In this document: one piece after another, positions 1 through 12,570 of the stretch
How positions within the stretch are numbered: position 1 is the first letter of the stretch
Layout of the letters: each line of letters starts with the position of its first letter
Source: Squalus acanthias
Lineage: Eukaryota
Direction of reading: 5' to 3'
NCBI GenBank assembly: GCA_030390025.1
Contig: CM059440.1
Location: 43,586,001 to 43,650,000, forward strand
DNA length: 64,000 nt
Notes under the pieces: generated by a model
The model's input: the letters and a program-made list of their open reading frames with translations, nothing else
Told to the model about the DNA's origin: nothing
Databases searched by the model: none
Program-made: the position numbers and the translations under genes

Positions 1-14
1 CGCTTGAGCTGCGG

Positions 15-818
15 GTGGATGAGTTTTGGAGCATACGCGATGCTGAGAGGGTCGTGGATGACACGTTTAACAAGTTGGTCATGCCGCAGGGTAGGGCTGC
101 ACAGGCAGAAGGGAAATGGGTGACCATCAGGCGGAGCAGCAGAGGCAGGCAGGGAGTACAGGGAACCCCTGCGGTCATCCCCCTTTCAAACAGGTATACC
201 GATTTGGATACTGTTGAGGGGGATGACTCACCAGGGGAGAGTGGCAGCAGCCAACTTCCTGGCACCAGGGGTGCTTCTGCTGCTCAGAAAGGGAGGAAAA
301 AGAGTGGGAGAGCAATAGTGGTAGGGGATTCTATCGTAAGGGGAACAGATAGGCGTTTCTGTGGCAGTAAACGTGACTCCAGGATGGTTTGTTGCCTCCC
401 TGGGGCCAGGGTCATGGATGTCACTGAGCGGCTACAGGGCATTCTTAAGGGGGAGGGTGAGCAGGCAGAGGTCGTGGTTCACACTGGGACCAACGACATA
501 GGTAGGAAGGGGGATGAGGTCCTGCATCAAGAATTTAGGGAGCTAGGCAGCAGATTAAAGAGCAGGACCTCAAAGGTTGTAATCTCTGGATTACTCCCAG
601 TGCCACATGCTAGTGAGTATAGGAATAGGAGGATAGAACAGATGAATGCGTGGCTAAAGATTTGGTGCAGGAGGGAGGGTTTTAGTTTCCTGGATCACTG
701 GGCCTGCTTCTGGGGAAGGTGGGACTTGTACAAGTCGGACGGTTTGCACCTGAACCAGAGCGGGACAAATATCCTTGCGGGGAGGTTTGCTAGCACTGTT
801 GGGGGGGGTTTAAACTAA
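15..818 (+). CDS. CR1 ORF1, SGNH/GDSL esterase-like domain (partial, likely starts before the window)
   Basis: Motifs IVVGDSIVR, CLPGARV, VVHTGTND and DGLHLN typical of CR1 ORF1 esterases. Confidence 0.9.
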   Translation: MDEFWSIRDAERVVDDTFNKLVMPQGRAAQAEGKWVTIRRSSRGRQGVQGTPAVIPLSNRYTDLDTVEGDDSPGESGSSQLPGTRGASAAQKGRKKSGRAIVVGDSIVRGTDRRFCGSKRDSRMVCCLPGARVMDVTERLQGILKGEGEQAEVVVHTGTNDIGRKGDEVLHQEFRELGSRLKSRTSKVVISGLLPVPHASEYRNRRIEQMNAWLKIWCRREGFSFLDHWACFWGRWDLYKSDGLHLNQSGTNILAGRFASTVGGGLN

Positions 819-819
819 C

Positions 820-3734
820 TTGGCAGGGGGATGGGATCAGAGTGGAGCTACAATAGGGGGTGATGTACAGTCAAATATAGAGAAAAAAACAAGTCAGCTT
901 GGAAGACAGGGCAAACATGTAAGAGCAAGGCTGGAAGGTATCTATTTTAATGCAAGGAGTCTAGCGAATAAGGTGGATGAACTGAAGGTGTTGATAAACA
1001 CATGGGAGTATGATATTGTTGCTATCACGGAGATATGGTTGAGGGAGGGGCAAGACTGGCAGCTCAATATTCCGGGGTACAGAATCTTCAGGCGAGACAG
1101 AGGGGGAGGTATAAGAGGAGGGGGTGTCGCAATATTAATTAAGGAATCAATTACTGCCATAAGGAGGGATGATATATTAGCAGGTTCCTCCAATGAGGCT
1201 ATATGGGTGGAGCTTAAAAACAAAAAGGGGGCAAGCACTTTGCTGGGAGCGTACTATAGGCCCCCAAACAGTCAGGGGGAGATAGAGGAACAGATATGTA
1301 GGCAAATCTCAGAGAAATGTGCAAATAATAGGGTAATAATAATGGGGGATTTCAACTTCCCCAATATTAACTGGGATAGTCAGAGTGTGAAGGGCTTAGA
1401 GGGTTCAAAATTCTTAAAGTGCATCCAGGAGAGCTTTTTGAGCCAGCATGTAGAAAGTCCTACAAGGGAGGGGGCGGTACTGGACCTAATTCTAGGGAAT
1501 GTGGCCGGCCAAGTGGAAGAAGTGCTAGTAGGTGAGCACTTTGGTGACAGTGACCATAATACGGTGAGATTTAAGGTGGTCATGGAAAAGGACAGGGATG
1601 GGCCGGAAATAAAGGTTCTAAATTGGGGGAAGGCCGATTTTAATAAGATAAGGCAGGATCTGGCCAAAATGGAGTGGGATCAGCTGCTTGTAGGAAAATC
1701 CGCATCGGAGCAATGGGATTCTTTCAGAAGGGAGATTGAGATCATACAATGGCAGCATGTTCCCGTAAAGGTCAAGGGTGGTTCCAAAAACCCCAGGGAA
1801 CCTTGGATGTCAGGGGATATACGAGAATGGATCAGGAAAAAAAGGAGGGCTTTTGGCAGATACAAAATGCTAAAGACGGAGGAAGCACTAGAGGAGTACA
1901 AAAAGTGCAGGGGGATACTTAAAAAAGAAATTAAGAGATCAAAGAGGGTCCATGAAATAACACTGGCGAGCAAAATAAAGGAAAATCCTAAGATGTTTTA
2001 TAAGTATATTAAGGGTAAGAGGATAACTAGGGAAAAAATAGGGCCCATTAGGGACAAAAGTGGCAATCTGTGTGTGGAGCCAGAAGATGTAGGTGGGGTT
2101 CTAAATGAATTTTTTGCATCTGTTTTCACTATGGAGAAGGACGATGCAGACATAAAATTAGGGCGGGGGACTGTGATATACTCGAACATTTTAACATCAA
2201 GAGGGAGGAGGTATTGGCGGTTTTAGCAGGTCTAAAAATGGATAAATCCCTAGGTCCGGACGAAATGTATCCCAGGCTGCTGTGTGAGGCAAAGGAGGAG
2301 ATTGCGGGGGCTCTAACACATATATTCAGAACCTCTCTGGCCACAGGGGATGTGCCAGAGGACTGGAGAACCGCTAATGTAGTACCATTATTCAAGAAAG
2401 GGAGTAGGGAAAAACCGGGGAACTACAGGCCAGTGAGCCTAACATCAGTGGTAGGAAAATTATTGGAAAAAATTCTGAGGGACAAAATTAGTCTCCACTT
2501 GGAGAGGCAAGGATTAATTAGGGTTAGCCAACATGGCTTTGTCAAGGGAAGATCATGTCTGACTAATTTGATTGAATTTTGTGAGGGGGTGACTAGGTGT
2601 GTGGATGAGGGTAACGCAGTGGATGTGGTATACATGGATTTCAGTAAGGCCTTCGATAAAGTCCCGCACAGGAGACTGGTCAAGAAGGTAAGAGCCCATG
2701 GAATCCAGGGTGCCTTGGCACATTGGATACAAAACTGGCTCAGTGGCAGAAGGCAGAGGGTGATGGTCGAAGGTTGTTTTTGTGACTGGAAGCCTGTGGC
2801 CAGTGGGGTACCACAGGGATCGGTGCTGGGTCCCTTGCTGTTTGTGGTCTACATTAACGACTTGGATATGAATGTAAAAGGTATGATCAGTAAGTTCGCG
2901 GATGATACAAAAATTGGTAGGGTGGTAAATAGCGAGGAGGGTAGCCTCAGTCTGCAGGACGATATAGATGGTTTGGTCAGATGGGCGGAACAGTGGCAAA
3001 TGGAATTTAATCCGGAAAAGTGCGAGGTGATGCACTTTGGAGGGACTAACAAGGCAAGGGAATACACAATGAATGGTAAGACCCTAGGCAAGACGGAGGG
3101 TCAGAGGGATCTTGGTGTGCAAGTACACAGATCCCTGAAGGCGGCGGAACAGGTGGATAAGGTGGTAAAAAAGGCATATGGGATACTTATATTCTATGCC
3201 TCGGCTAATGAATGCAAGAGCAAGGAGGTTATGATGGAGCTGTATAAAACACTGGTTAGGCCACATCTGGAATACTGTGTGCAGTTCTGGTCGCCACACT
3301 ACAGGAAGGATGTGATCGCTTTGGAGAGGGTGCAGAGGAGATTCACCAGAATGTTACCCGGGCTGGAGTGCTTCAGCTATGAAGAGAGACTGGGCAGATT
3401 GGGTTTGTTTTCCTTGGAGCAGAGGAGGCTGAGGGGGGACATGATTGAGGTGTACAAAATTATGAGGGGCATAGATAGGATGGATACTAAGGAGCTTTTT
3501 CCCTTAGTACAGGGGTCTATAACAAGGGGGCATAGATTCAAGGTAAAGGGCGGGAGGTTTAGAAGGGATTTGAGAAAGAACTTTTTCACCCAGAGGGTGG
3601 TTGGAGTCTGGAACTCACTGCCTGAAAGGGTTGCGGAGGCAGGAACCCTCACAACATTCAAGAAGCATTTGGATGAGCACTTGAAACGCCATAGCATACA
3701 AGGCTACGGACCAAATGCTGGAATATGGGATTAG
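820..3734 (+). pseudogene. CR1 ORF2 (APE endonuclease + reverse transcriptase) with one frameshift near 2160
   Basis: YFNARSL, YRPP, GDFN and SDH in 820..2226; [23 protein letters not shown] and FADD in 2214..3734. The frame shifts at ~2155-2170, where the GDCDILEHFNIKREEVL segment is out of frame. Confidence 0.92.
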
Positions 3735-3815
3735 ATTAGACAGGGCTTGATGGCCGGCGCGGACACGATGGGCTGAAGGGCCTCTATCCATGCTGTATAA
3801 CTCTGTGACTCTATG

Positions 3816-4430
3816 TTCACACTGCCGTACTCACCGTGCTAATCACTACTAACACTGCCGTACTCACCGTGCTAATCACTGTTCACACTGCCGTACTCAC
3901 CGTGCTAATCACTGTTCACACTGCCGTACTCACCGTGCTAATCACTACTAACACTGCCGTACTCACCGTGCTAATCACTACTAACACTGCCGTACTCACC
4001 GTGCTAATCACTACTAACACTGCCGTACTCACCGTGCTAATCACTGTTCACACTGCCGTACTCACCGTGCTAATCACTGTTCACACTGCCGTACTCACCG
4101 TGCTAATCACTACTAACACTGCCGTACTCACCGTGCTAATCACTACTAACACTGCCGTACTCACCGTGCTAATCACTACTAACACTGCCGTACTCACCGT
4201 GCTAATCACTGTTCACACTGCCGTACTCACCGTGCTAATCACTACTAACACTGCCGTACTCACCGTGCTAATCACTACTAACACTGCCGTACTTACCGTG
4301 CTAATCACTAACACTGCCGTACTCACCGTGCTAATCACTGTTCACACTGCCGTATTCACCGTGCTAATCACTGTTCACACTGCCGTACTCACCACGCTAA
4401 TCACCGTGCTAATCCCTACCAACACTGCCG
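3816..4430. repeat. 33-bp minisatellite, ~18 copies, two unit variants
   Basis: Unit ACTGCCGTACTCACCGTGCTAATCACT followed by ACTAAC or GTTCAC. Confidence 0.95.
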
Positions 4431-5970
4431 TTGCTATGGGAACCCACATGGGTCCTAGCTATGCCTGTCTTTTCATGGGATATGTGGAACACTCTTTGTT
4501 CCAGTCCTACTCGGGTCCCCTCCCTCACCTCTTTTTCCGGTACATTGATGACTGTATCGGTGCTGTTTCCTGCTCTCGCCCTGAACTAGATAATTTCATT
4601 CACGATGCTTCCAATTTCCACCCTTCCCTCACCTTCACATAGTCCATCTCCGACTCTTCCCTTCCCTTCCTCGACTTCTCTGTCTCCATTTCTGGAGATA
4701 GGCTATCGACCAACATTCACTATAAGTCCACTGACTCCCACAGCTACCTGAACTACACTTCCTCCCAGCCCGCCTCCTGTAAGGACTCTATTCCATTCTC
4801 CCAGTTTCTCCGTCTCCGCCGCATCTGCTCTGACGATGCCACCTTCCATACCAGTGCTTCCGACATGTCTTCCTTTTTCCTCAACCAAGGATTCCCCTCT
4901 ACTGTGGTTGACACGACCCTTGACTGTGTCCGTTCTATCTCCCGCACTTCTGCTCTCACCCCTGCCCCTCCCTCCCGGAACCACGATAGGGTTCCACTTG
5001 TCCTCACCTTTCACCCCACCAGCCTCCACATTCAACGGATCATCCTCCGCCATTTCCGCCACCTCCAGCGTGATCCCACCACCACACACATCTTCCCCTC
5101 CCCTCCCCTTTCAGCATTCCGTAGGGACCGCTCCCTCCGCGACACCCTAGTCCACTCCTCAATCACCCGCAACACCCCTTCCCCTGGCACCTTCCCGTGC
5201 AAGCACAGGAGATGCAACACATGCCCTTATACCTCCCCCCTTCTCACTATCCAGAGCCCCAAACATCCCTTCCAGGAGAAACAGCGATTTACTTGTACTT
5301 CTTGCAATTTAGTATACTGTATTCGCTGCTCATGATGTGGTCTCCTCTACATTGGGGAGACCAAACGCAGATTGGGTGACCGCTTTGCGGAACATCTCCG
5401 TTCAGTCCGCAAGGGTGACCTCGAGCTTCCGGTCGCATGTCACTTTAATTCTCCGCTCCACTCCCACTCAGACCTCTCCGTCCTCGGCCTCTTACACTGT
5501 TCCAACGAAGCTCAACGTAAGGTCGAGGAACAGCACCTCATCTTTCGATTAGGCACTTTACAGCCTTCTGGACTCAACATCGAGTTCAACAATTTCAGAC
5601 TATAACCTTGGCCCCTGTATTTCTTTATATTTTTTTCTCTTGTTTTCTCACATGGTAGTTGTTAATGTTGCTGCCATCATCATTCACACATCATCTCGAG
5701 CCATCTTTTGTTTCTTAACTTGTCCCATTACCTCTCCTTTTGCCTCGCACCATCATCCCTTTTGTCATTCAATCTCTCCTGCCTTCCATCCTATCACAGA
5801 CCTTCCCTTTGTTCTTTCCTCCCTCCTCCCTGCCCCTGCTTAAAAATTACTCTTCTCTAATCTTTTCCAGTTCTGACGAAGGGTCCCTGACCTGAAACGT
5901 TGACTGTTTCTCTCTCAATGCTGCCTTACCTGCTGAGTGTTTCCAGCATTGTCTGTCGTTATTTCAGATT
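4429..5970 (+). mobile_element. 5'-truncated Penelope-like retroelement (RT C-terminal part + GIY-YIG endonuclease), decayed
   Basis: VAMGTHMGPSYACLFM and FRYIDD (RT); C-x2-C, LVYCIRCS*CGLLYIGETKRRLGDRFAEH and GLN (GIY-YIG). In-frame stops at ~4640 and ~5333. The 3' region carries a hammerhead motif. Confidence 0.92.
5868..5906 (+). ncRNA. Minimal type I hammerhead ribozyme motif in the Penelope 3' region
   Basis: CAGTT-CTGACGA-AGGGTC CCT GACCT-GAAA-CG-TT-GACTG. Stem I is CAGUU/GACUG, both core boxes are present, and stem III is the palindrome ACGU. Confidence 0.75.
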
Positions 5971-6506
5971 TATCGTCGACGTTTTCCTATTCTAACAGAA
6001 CTCCAGATATTTTTTAAAAATCATGTTAATTTATTTATGGCGTAAATTGTTCCGCTACATTACTCAGCACGGCAAAGGGTCCAAATCCCCAAAGATCCAA
6101 GTCCAAAATTAGGAAGTTAGGAGTAGAAGGGAACTCGGGCAGAACCCTTTCACCCCAAGAGCAACAGTCCGGTGGAGTAAGTTACCAGGCAAGGGCACTG
6201 ACAGCACCAGTATCAATGGGATTGGGAAGCAGTGAATGTGTTTCTGGAGAGCAAAGGGACACCAGGCTATGATGAGAAGGTGGATAGTTGGGTTAATCCA
6301 TTGAAAAGGGGCAAGCTTGTTGTATTGGCTCACCTTTTTCATTCCAAAAATGTCCGTTCTTACTACCCAACGTAACTTCAGATGTTCCTTTCCCCATCCC
6401 CATAATGTAACTCATCTTCAAGATACTAATGGTCTTCATTTCACCATTACCGAAGATAGTTAGTGGAGGAATGTTGCAATGGAATACTCAAAATTTAAGC
6501 CTTTAC

Positions 6507-6590
6507 CTCCTTGAACATGACCTCGAAGGACTGGGTCTCCCTCGGCTGCAGCTGGTGATTGTGGTAGCTCACCAGGGTGATGTCATTACC
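6507..6590 (-). CDS. HSPG2: Perlecan exon (L4 domain): GNDITLVSYHNHQLQPRETQSFEVMFKE
   Basis: 84 nt, phase 0-0, acceptor gatctttcag, donor gtaaag. Resembles human perlecan GNNIMLVASQ...RRSYEIMFRE (recalled). Confidence 0.93.
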
Positions 6591-6902
6591 CTGAAAGATC
6601 ACACAAACAAAAACATTTTCAGATAAACAATCGACAGATCTGTACACCGCAAGCATGGAGAAAGTACAATCCAATAATCACTCACGCAAAAAGGATTGGA
6701 TAATGATTCTTTTTATACTTTAAATAAAAACAACCATCACTGAATCAGGAGAGCTCTCTCTTTAGCAGAGAATGGTCTCGCTGCAGTGCCGAGCCCAAAG
6801 AACACAACTTCTGCTGAAGTTTTGGAGTGGGTTCCTCCAAGAACTTCACCAAATTTAAATATGTGCCAACAGTGTGCCTTCAAATTTGAATAATGTACCA
6901 CA

Positions 6903-7268
6903 GAATCATAGAATAGTACAGCAAAGAAGGAGGCCATTCGGCCCATCGAGTCTGTCTCTTTCGAAGAGCAATCCAGTTAGTCCCACTCCCCGCTCTTTCC
7001 CCATATCCCTGCAATTTTTTCTCCTTCAAGTATTTATCCAATTCCCTTTTGAAGGCTGCTATTGAATCTGTATCCACCACCCGATCAGGCAGCGCATTCC
7101 AAATCCTAACCACTTGTTGCGTAAGAGAGTTTTCCCTCATGTCGTCTCTGGTTCTTTTGTCAATCACCTTAAACCTGTCCCCTCTCGTTATCGACCCTTC
7201 AGCCACTGGAAACAGTTTCTCTTTATTTACTCTACCTAAACCCTTCATGATTTAAACACCTCGATCAA
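6903..7268 (-). mobile_element. CR1 LINE 3' fragment
   Basis: KEKLFPVAEGSITRGDRFK...WNALP plus the CR1 tail with TTCTATGA repeats. Confidence 0.88.
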
Positions 7269-8699
7269 ATCCATCAAACCAATTTTCAGGTAATTTGAAA
7301 AATGTCAGGATTCGGGATTAATAAATTATTTGATAAAAAGACTCCCACCTGGCAGGGAGAGGAAGATTCACCTTTGAAATGACCCAAATTGTGGAATGCT
7401 TCACATTCTCTCATCCTTGCCCCTTGGCGCTGGGTGCGGTCTGCTCACCGCCTGCTATTGTCCCCCTGCAGGCAGCTCTCAGACCATGCTGGGAATCCCT
7501 GGGCGGGACGCTCCTCCCATTCCCCCCCCCCCCCCCCCCCTTTACTGGGAGATGCTGCAGTCCGTCTCCAATCTGAGTAACAGTGTGCTGGTATTCCAGT
7601 CTCCAGACCGCCACACTTTATAACCTGAATGATCTGAGCTGGTTACCGGGCAGATTAGCCAGGTTTCTTTTTGTACTTTATTCGATACACTAAGCTGAGG
7701 CTGCTGGAATAATGATGTGACGAAGAGGACACAAGGGCTCATTTTGTGCTCTGGGTTAAGCTCAGGTTTTTCTGCCCACCTGCTGCGGCAAAGCTCACCT
7801 GCAACCCAGCGAGCTGACTGCCCACAATTTTGCGAGATCAGCTCATTGGACTAATGATTGATCGGTGCCTACACAGCTGTGGCCTTGTGCAAGGAGCCAG
7901 TTTAATGAGGGAGGCAACATTCCCTGTAGGCTGTACGGCCGTACAGTGACCCAGGGGTCCCGCGCAGCCGGTGAGTCAGCTTTTAAATTGGAAAAAACCA
8001 CGCATGCGCGGACTTTGAGGGGCTGCGCAGCCATTAAAAGGGGTCGCGTGGCCCCAAAAAATTACGGGGCAGATTGAGGGGGATGGTACATCATCTAACC
8101 AGCATCTCAAATTTCAAGGGTCCAGCGTACAGAAAGCCAAGTGGCTGCATTAGGGACAAACACTATTTCAACTTTTATACAGCTACAAAAATAATTTTGA
8201 ATACTTGTCAACCTTTGTCGAGGGCAGAGGATGTAGTGTGAAAAAGTGAAAGGAAAGCCAATGAGAAGGCACAAAACACCACCTGTGGGCGAATGACATG
8301 AATCTCACCCACTCCTGATGGCTGGCAGGGTGGATGTATAGCTGTGTGGGGAGAGTGGTCCATTTCGGCACTTCAGGGTACTCCCTAAAGTAAGGTGACC
8401 ATGCATTGGACAGATGGCCCAAGATTGTGTCTCACAAATTTCTGTCCGTCAACCTGTCCCACAGTAACTCCTCATCCCTACTCACAGCTCTTTTACTGAA
8501 CCTCATACCTCCGCATACCTCAGTAGAGCGTACGCTCAAGGGCAACTGAAAGCCTGGTCCTCACACACACACACAAGACATGACAAGTCACTGTAATGCA
8601 ACCATGCTGCATGATGCCAAGACACTTGCCAACACCCAGGTTGGCCAGTAGGTTGTGAACCTATCTCTCAACGTGCACTGCTCCTTCAATGTTATTTTT

Positions 8700-9463
8700 T
8701 ATTCGTTTATGGGATCTGGGCGTCGCTGGCAAGGCCAGCATTTATTGCCCATCCCTAGTTGCCTTTGAGAAGGTGGTGGTGAGCCGCCTTCTTGAACCGC
8801 TGCAGTCCGTGTGGTGAAGGTACTCCCACAGTGCTGTTAGGGAGGGAGTTCCAGGATTTTGACCCAGTGACGATGAAGGATCGGCGATATATTTCCAAGT
8901 CAGGATGGTGTGTGACTTGGAGGGGAACTTGGAGGTGATGGTGTTCCCATGCGCCTGCTGCCCTTGTCCTTCTAGGTGGCAGAGGTCGCGGGTTTGGGAG
9001 GTGCTGTCGAAGAAGCCTTGGCGAGTTTCTGCAGTGCATCTTGTAGATGGTACACACTGTAGCCACGGTGCGCCGGTGGTGGAGGGAGTGAATGGTTAAG
9101 GTGGTGGATGGGGTGCCAATCAAGCGGACTGCTTTGTCCTGGATGGTGTCGAGCTTCTTGAGTGTCGTTGGAGCTGCACTCATCCAGACAAGTGGAGACT
9201 ATTCCATCACACTCCTTACTTGTGCCTTGTAGATGGTGGAAAGGCTTTGGGGAGTCAGGAGGTGAGACACTTGCCGCAGAATACCCAGCCTCTGACCTGC
9301 TCTTGTAGCCACAGTATTTATGTAGCTGGTCCAGTTAAGTTTCTGGACAATGGTGATTCTCAGGATATTGATGGTGGGGGATTCAGTGATGGTAATGCCG
9401 TTGAATGTCAACAGGCGGTGGTTAGACTCTCACTTGTTGGAGATAGTCATTGTCTGGCACTTG
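8700..9463 (-). mobile_element. Non-LTR retrotransposon 3' fragment (CR1/L2-group, a different family from the 1-3.8 kb element)
   Basis: IYKAQVRSVMEY, LKKLDTIQDKA and KSWNSLP...FKKAAHHHLL, all post-RT LINE motifs. Confidence 0.8.
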
Positions 9464-9974
9464 TGCGAAAAATATGCGCAAAAACCCCCCAAAATTCAAA
9501 GAATTTAAAAACAAAAGAACAAACGCACCCAATAAATGTAAAAATAGGACCCAATAATTAAATGTGAGAACCAATCCCGAAGCAGCACAACCCAAAGGAC
9601 AGAAAGGGCCCTCTACGGCCACCATGTGTTTCCCTGGCAAAGGTTCAGCAATCATGAGTCAGGTACATTGAAACAATTGGGCTTAATAAGGGACTTGTAC
9701 TCCATCAGGAAGAGCCTCTATCCAGCCAGTGCATGCCAGCTGTAAACAAAAGGGTTGCATGATCCCCAGAGGAAGTGCAAGGGCTACTCCCTGGTTTCAA
9801 GAGCTTGTGTGTTCAACGTCTAGATACGTATCTCTCAAGACAATGCCAGACCCACAACTTGGTCTTCACATGAAACTGCCTGGTGGGAGTCTAAAGTCAA
9901 CATTTGGCTCATATTTGCTTTGGCTTCTACAGACTTAAGTGAAGTGTGTCAGATGGACAACTGCAGCCACTTAC

Positions 9975-10067
9975 GATGATCTGCACGTCAGCGTCTGGTA
10001 CCGTGGAACCCCGGAACCCTGCATCGTAGGAGAGCGTGTACCGAAGGAGTCCACCGTAAGAAGTCAC
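9975..10067 (-). CDS. HSPG2: Perlecan exon (L4 domain): VTSYGGLLRYTLSYDAGFRGSTVPDADVQII
   Basis: 93 nt, phase 0-0, acceptor ttcttttgcacag, donor gtaagt. Carries the L4 signature SYGG.LRY. Confidence 0.95.
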
Positions 10068-11212
10068 CTGTGCAAAAGAACAAAGACAATTACAAGAATG
10101 CTCCGTACTGACATGACACGTGGATCATCACCACTGCAAGAGAACAAATCTCACCAGCACACCTTGGACTGAACAGTCAGACACCATGACCAAGTAGATA
10201 CCTACAAAAATATAATGCTCAATGTTACAACTTACCGACACACCGTACCAGTTGAGCAGTGAGCTGTTCCACACTATAATTAACAATTTATAGATTACAT
10301 TTATTTTTTCAGAAACCTGAACTTATAAAACTCCTAAATTCCAATACTTCACTTAAAGTCTCCATTACTCATAGAGCTCCTGTTGCACTGCTCACAGTTA
10401 GTCGAGGACATGGGCCAAGAACATGGGGAGGAGTGAAGCACGGACTGAGATGCTGGGCTCGGGAATGGAGCACCCTGGTGGGGGGGAGCTGGAACGAGGC
10501 AGGAGCCCCAGAGAGGATGGAGTTTCATTTAGTCTGTTAACTAGCAATTGCTGCCATTGGGAGAGCAGACAATACCTGGGTGTTGGAAGCAGATACGCCC
10601 AGGGGCTGAGGCTGGGAACTGGAAGAATGACAGATAAACGCTAACTACGAGATTTTTATTTAGATTTCCTGACATTTCAAATCAACATAGCTAAATGTAG
10701 ACATTCATATCCAAGGTATGCGAGAGTGTTTATAGAGAGGGACATGATTATAGGGTTTCACTTATGGCTGGAGCCAAAAACCACACGTTGTGTTCGTGGG
10801 CATTACATAATCATAGTGCTACTGTGACCGTGCTGCTAACATCTTCATGAAGGCTCCTCACCACCGTATATCCCAACTAGTCCCAAGCGCAGAGCAATCT
10901 GGTCTGTAGAACAGTGTGTGACTATCAGCATTGACCGCACAGGTAACGCAACGTCCATTAAATCCCCTTACTCGCTCATGGCGAGATGTAGACCTTCCGC
11001 TTCGAGGCCCATCAAGCGGCTTTGGCTGAGAACGTCACCCAAACAAGTAAACTTGGAGTTGCACCATTCCAGATACCACTGAACTCCATACAAAATATCT
11101 GTTCTCAAGCGCCCTCTGATCAGCATTTATATGCTAAGTATCTGTAAGTGTACTTGCATCTCCCTTTAGAACTAGGAGGCACTAAATCAGACAAATACAG
11201 TTCTCAGTTACA

Positions 11213-12075
11213 GAGGATTACAGAAAGTCTACAGCACAGGAACAGGTCATTCGGCCCAACTGGTCATTGCCGGTGTTTATGCTCCACATGAGCCCCTTCC
11301 CATTCTAACTACCTCTCTCCACTCTACCCCATGTCCCTCTATTCCCTTCTCCCTCATGTACGCTTCAAGCCTCCCCTTCAATACATCAATATAATCTGCT
11401 TCAACCACTCATGTGGCAGAGAGTTCCACATTCTCCATATAATCGCGGGGGAATGGGACTGACTGGATTGCTCTGCAGAGAGCCGGCACAGACTCGATGG
11501 GCTGAATGGCCTCCTTCTGTGCCGTTCTGACTCTATAAGGAAGTACCTCCTAAATTCTTCATTTGATCGGTTAGTGACTATCTTATATTTTGTCCCTTTT
11601 TCGGGAATCAGCCACAAGTGGAAACAGTTTCTCCAATTCCACCCTATCGAATCTCTGGTGGGAGAGTCCAGAACAAGAGGGCACAGCCTTAAAATTAGAG
11701 CGGGGCCATTCAGGGGTGATGTCAGAGAACACTTCTTCACACGGAGGGTAGTGGAAATCGGGAACTCTCCCCAAAAAAGCTGTTGAGGCTGGGGGGGTCA
11801 ATTGAAAATTTCAAAACTATGATAGATTTTTGTTAGGTAAGGGTATTAAGGGATACGGCGCTAAGCAAGTAGATGGAGTTAAGATACAGATCAGCCACAA
11901 TCTAAATGAATGGCAGAACAGGATTGAGGGGCTGAATGGCCTCCTCCTGTTCCAATGTTCCTATGAAGCCCTTCATAATTTTAAAGACTTCTATCAGGTC
12001 TCCTCTTAGTCTTCTCTTTTGCAGAAAAGAGGCCCAGTCTGCTCAATCTTTCCCGACAGTTGTATCCTTTCAGTT
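11213..12075. mobile_element. Nested CR1 3' fragments in both orientations
   Basis: A minus-strand CR1 piece is interrupted by plus-strand pieces (GESRTRGHSLK at ~11660, tails at ~11500 and ~11940). Confidence 0.8.
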
Positions 12076-12343
12076 ATTAATTAAGTAAAAAATGACATTT
12101 GTTACTTTTTTCCATCATTTCTGTTATACACCTGGCCCATTACCCAAGTATAATTACAGGCATTAAACCTTGCTCCTAATTTATTTGTAGATTGTGTTAG
12201 ATAGTTGGCACAGTCTGGTACTGTTAACGAGAAATATTCATTGTTTGACTGCTCCCACTCATTCATTAGCATTCCTTTATGAATTGGTCGGTAAGTATAG
12301 ACAGTTTACTCAAATTACAGTGTGCTGGGATATTGGTCTACAA

Positions 12344-12570
12344 TGGCTCCTCTTCCCGCTCCCACATCGTTCCCTCTGGTGTCCCCCAAGGATCTATCCT
12401 TGGCCCCTCCCATTTTTCATCTACATGTTGCCCCTCGGAGACATCATCCGTAAACAGTGCCGTGTGGGGCTCGGTGTCAAATATTTTTGTCTTTTAATAC
12501 TCCTGTGAAGCACCTTGGGATGTTTTACTAATTAAAGGCGCTATATAAATACAAGTTGTTGTTATTGTTG
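12344..12570 (+). mobile_element. L2 LINE fragment with 3' tail
   Basis: SGVPQGSILGP, then the tail GTGAAGCACCTTGGGATG...AAAGGCGCTATATAAATACAAG(TTG)n. Confidence 0.8.

Larger units (their letters stand above)
1..3815 (+). mobile_element. Near full-length CR1-clade LINE (HER1-like); 5' end outside the window
   Basis: ORF1 SGNH esterase followed by an APE endonuclease/RT ORF2. CR1-type 3' end (GATGGGCTGAAGGGCCT...GCTGTATAACTCTGTGACTCTATG) at ~3765-3815. Confidence 0.95.
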
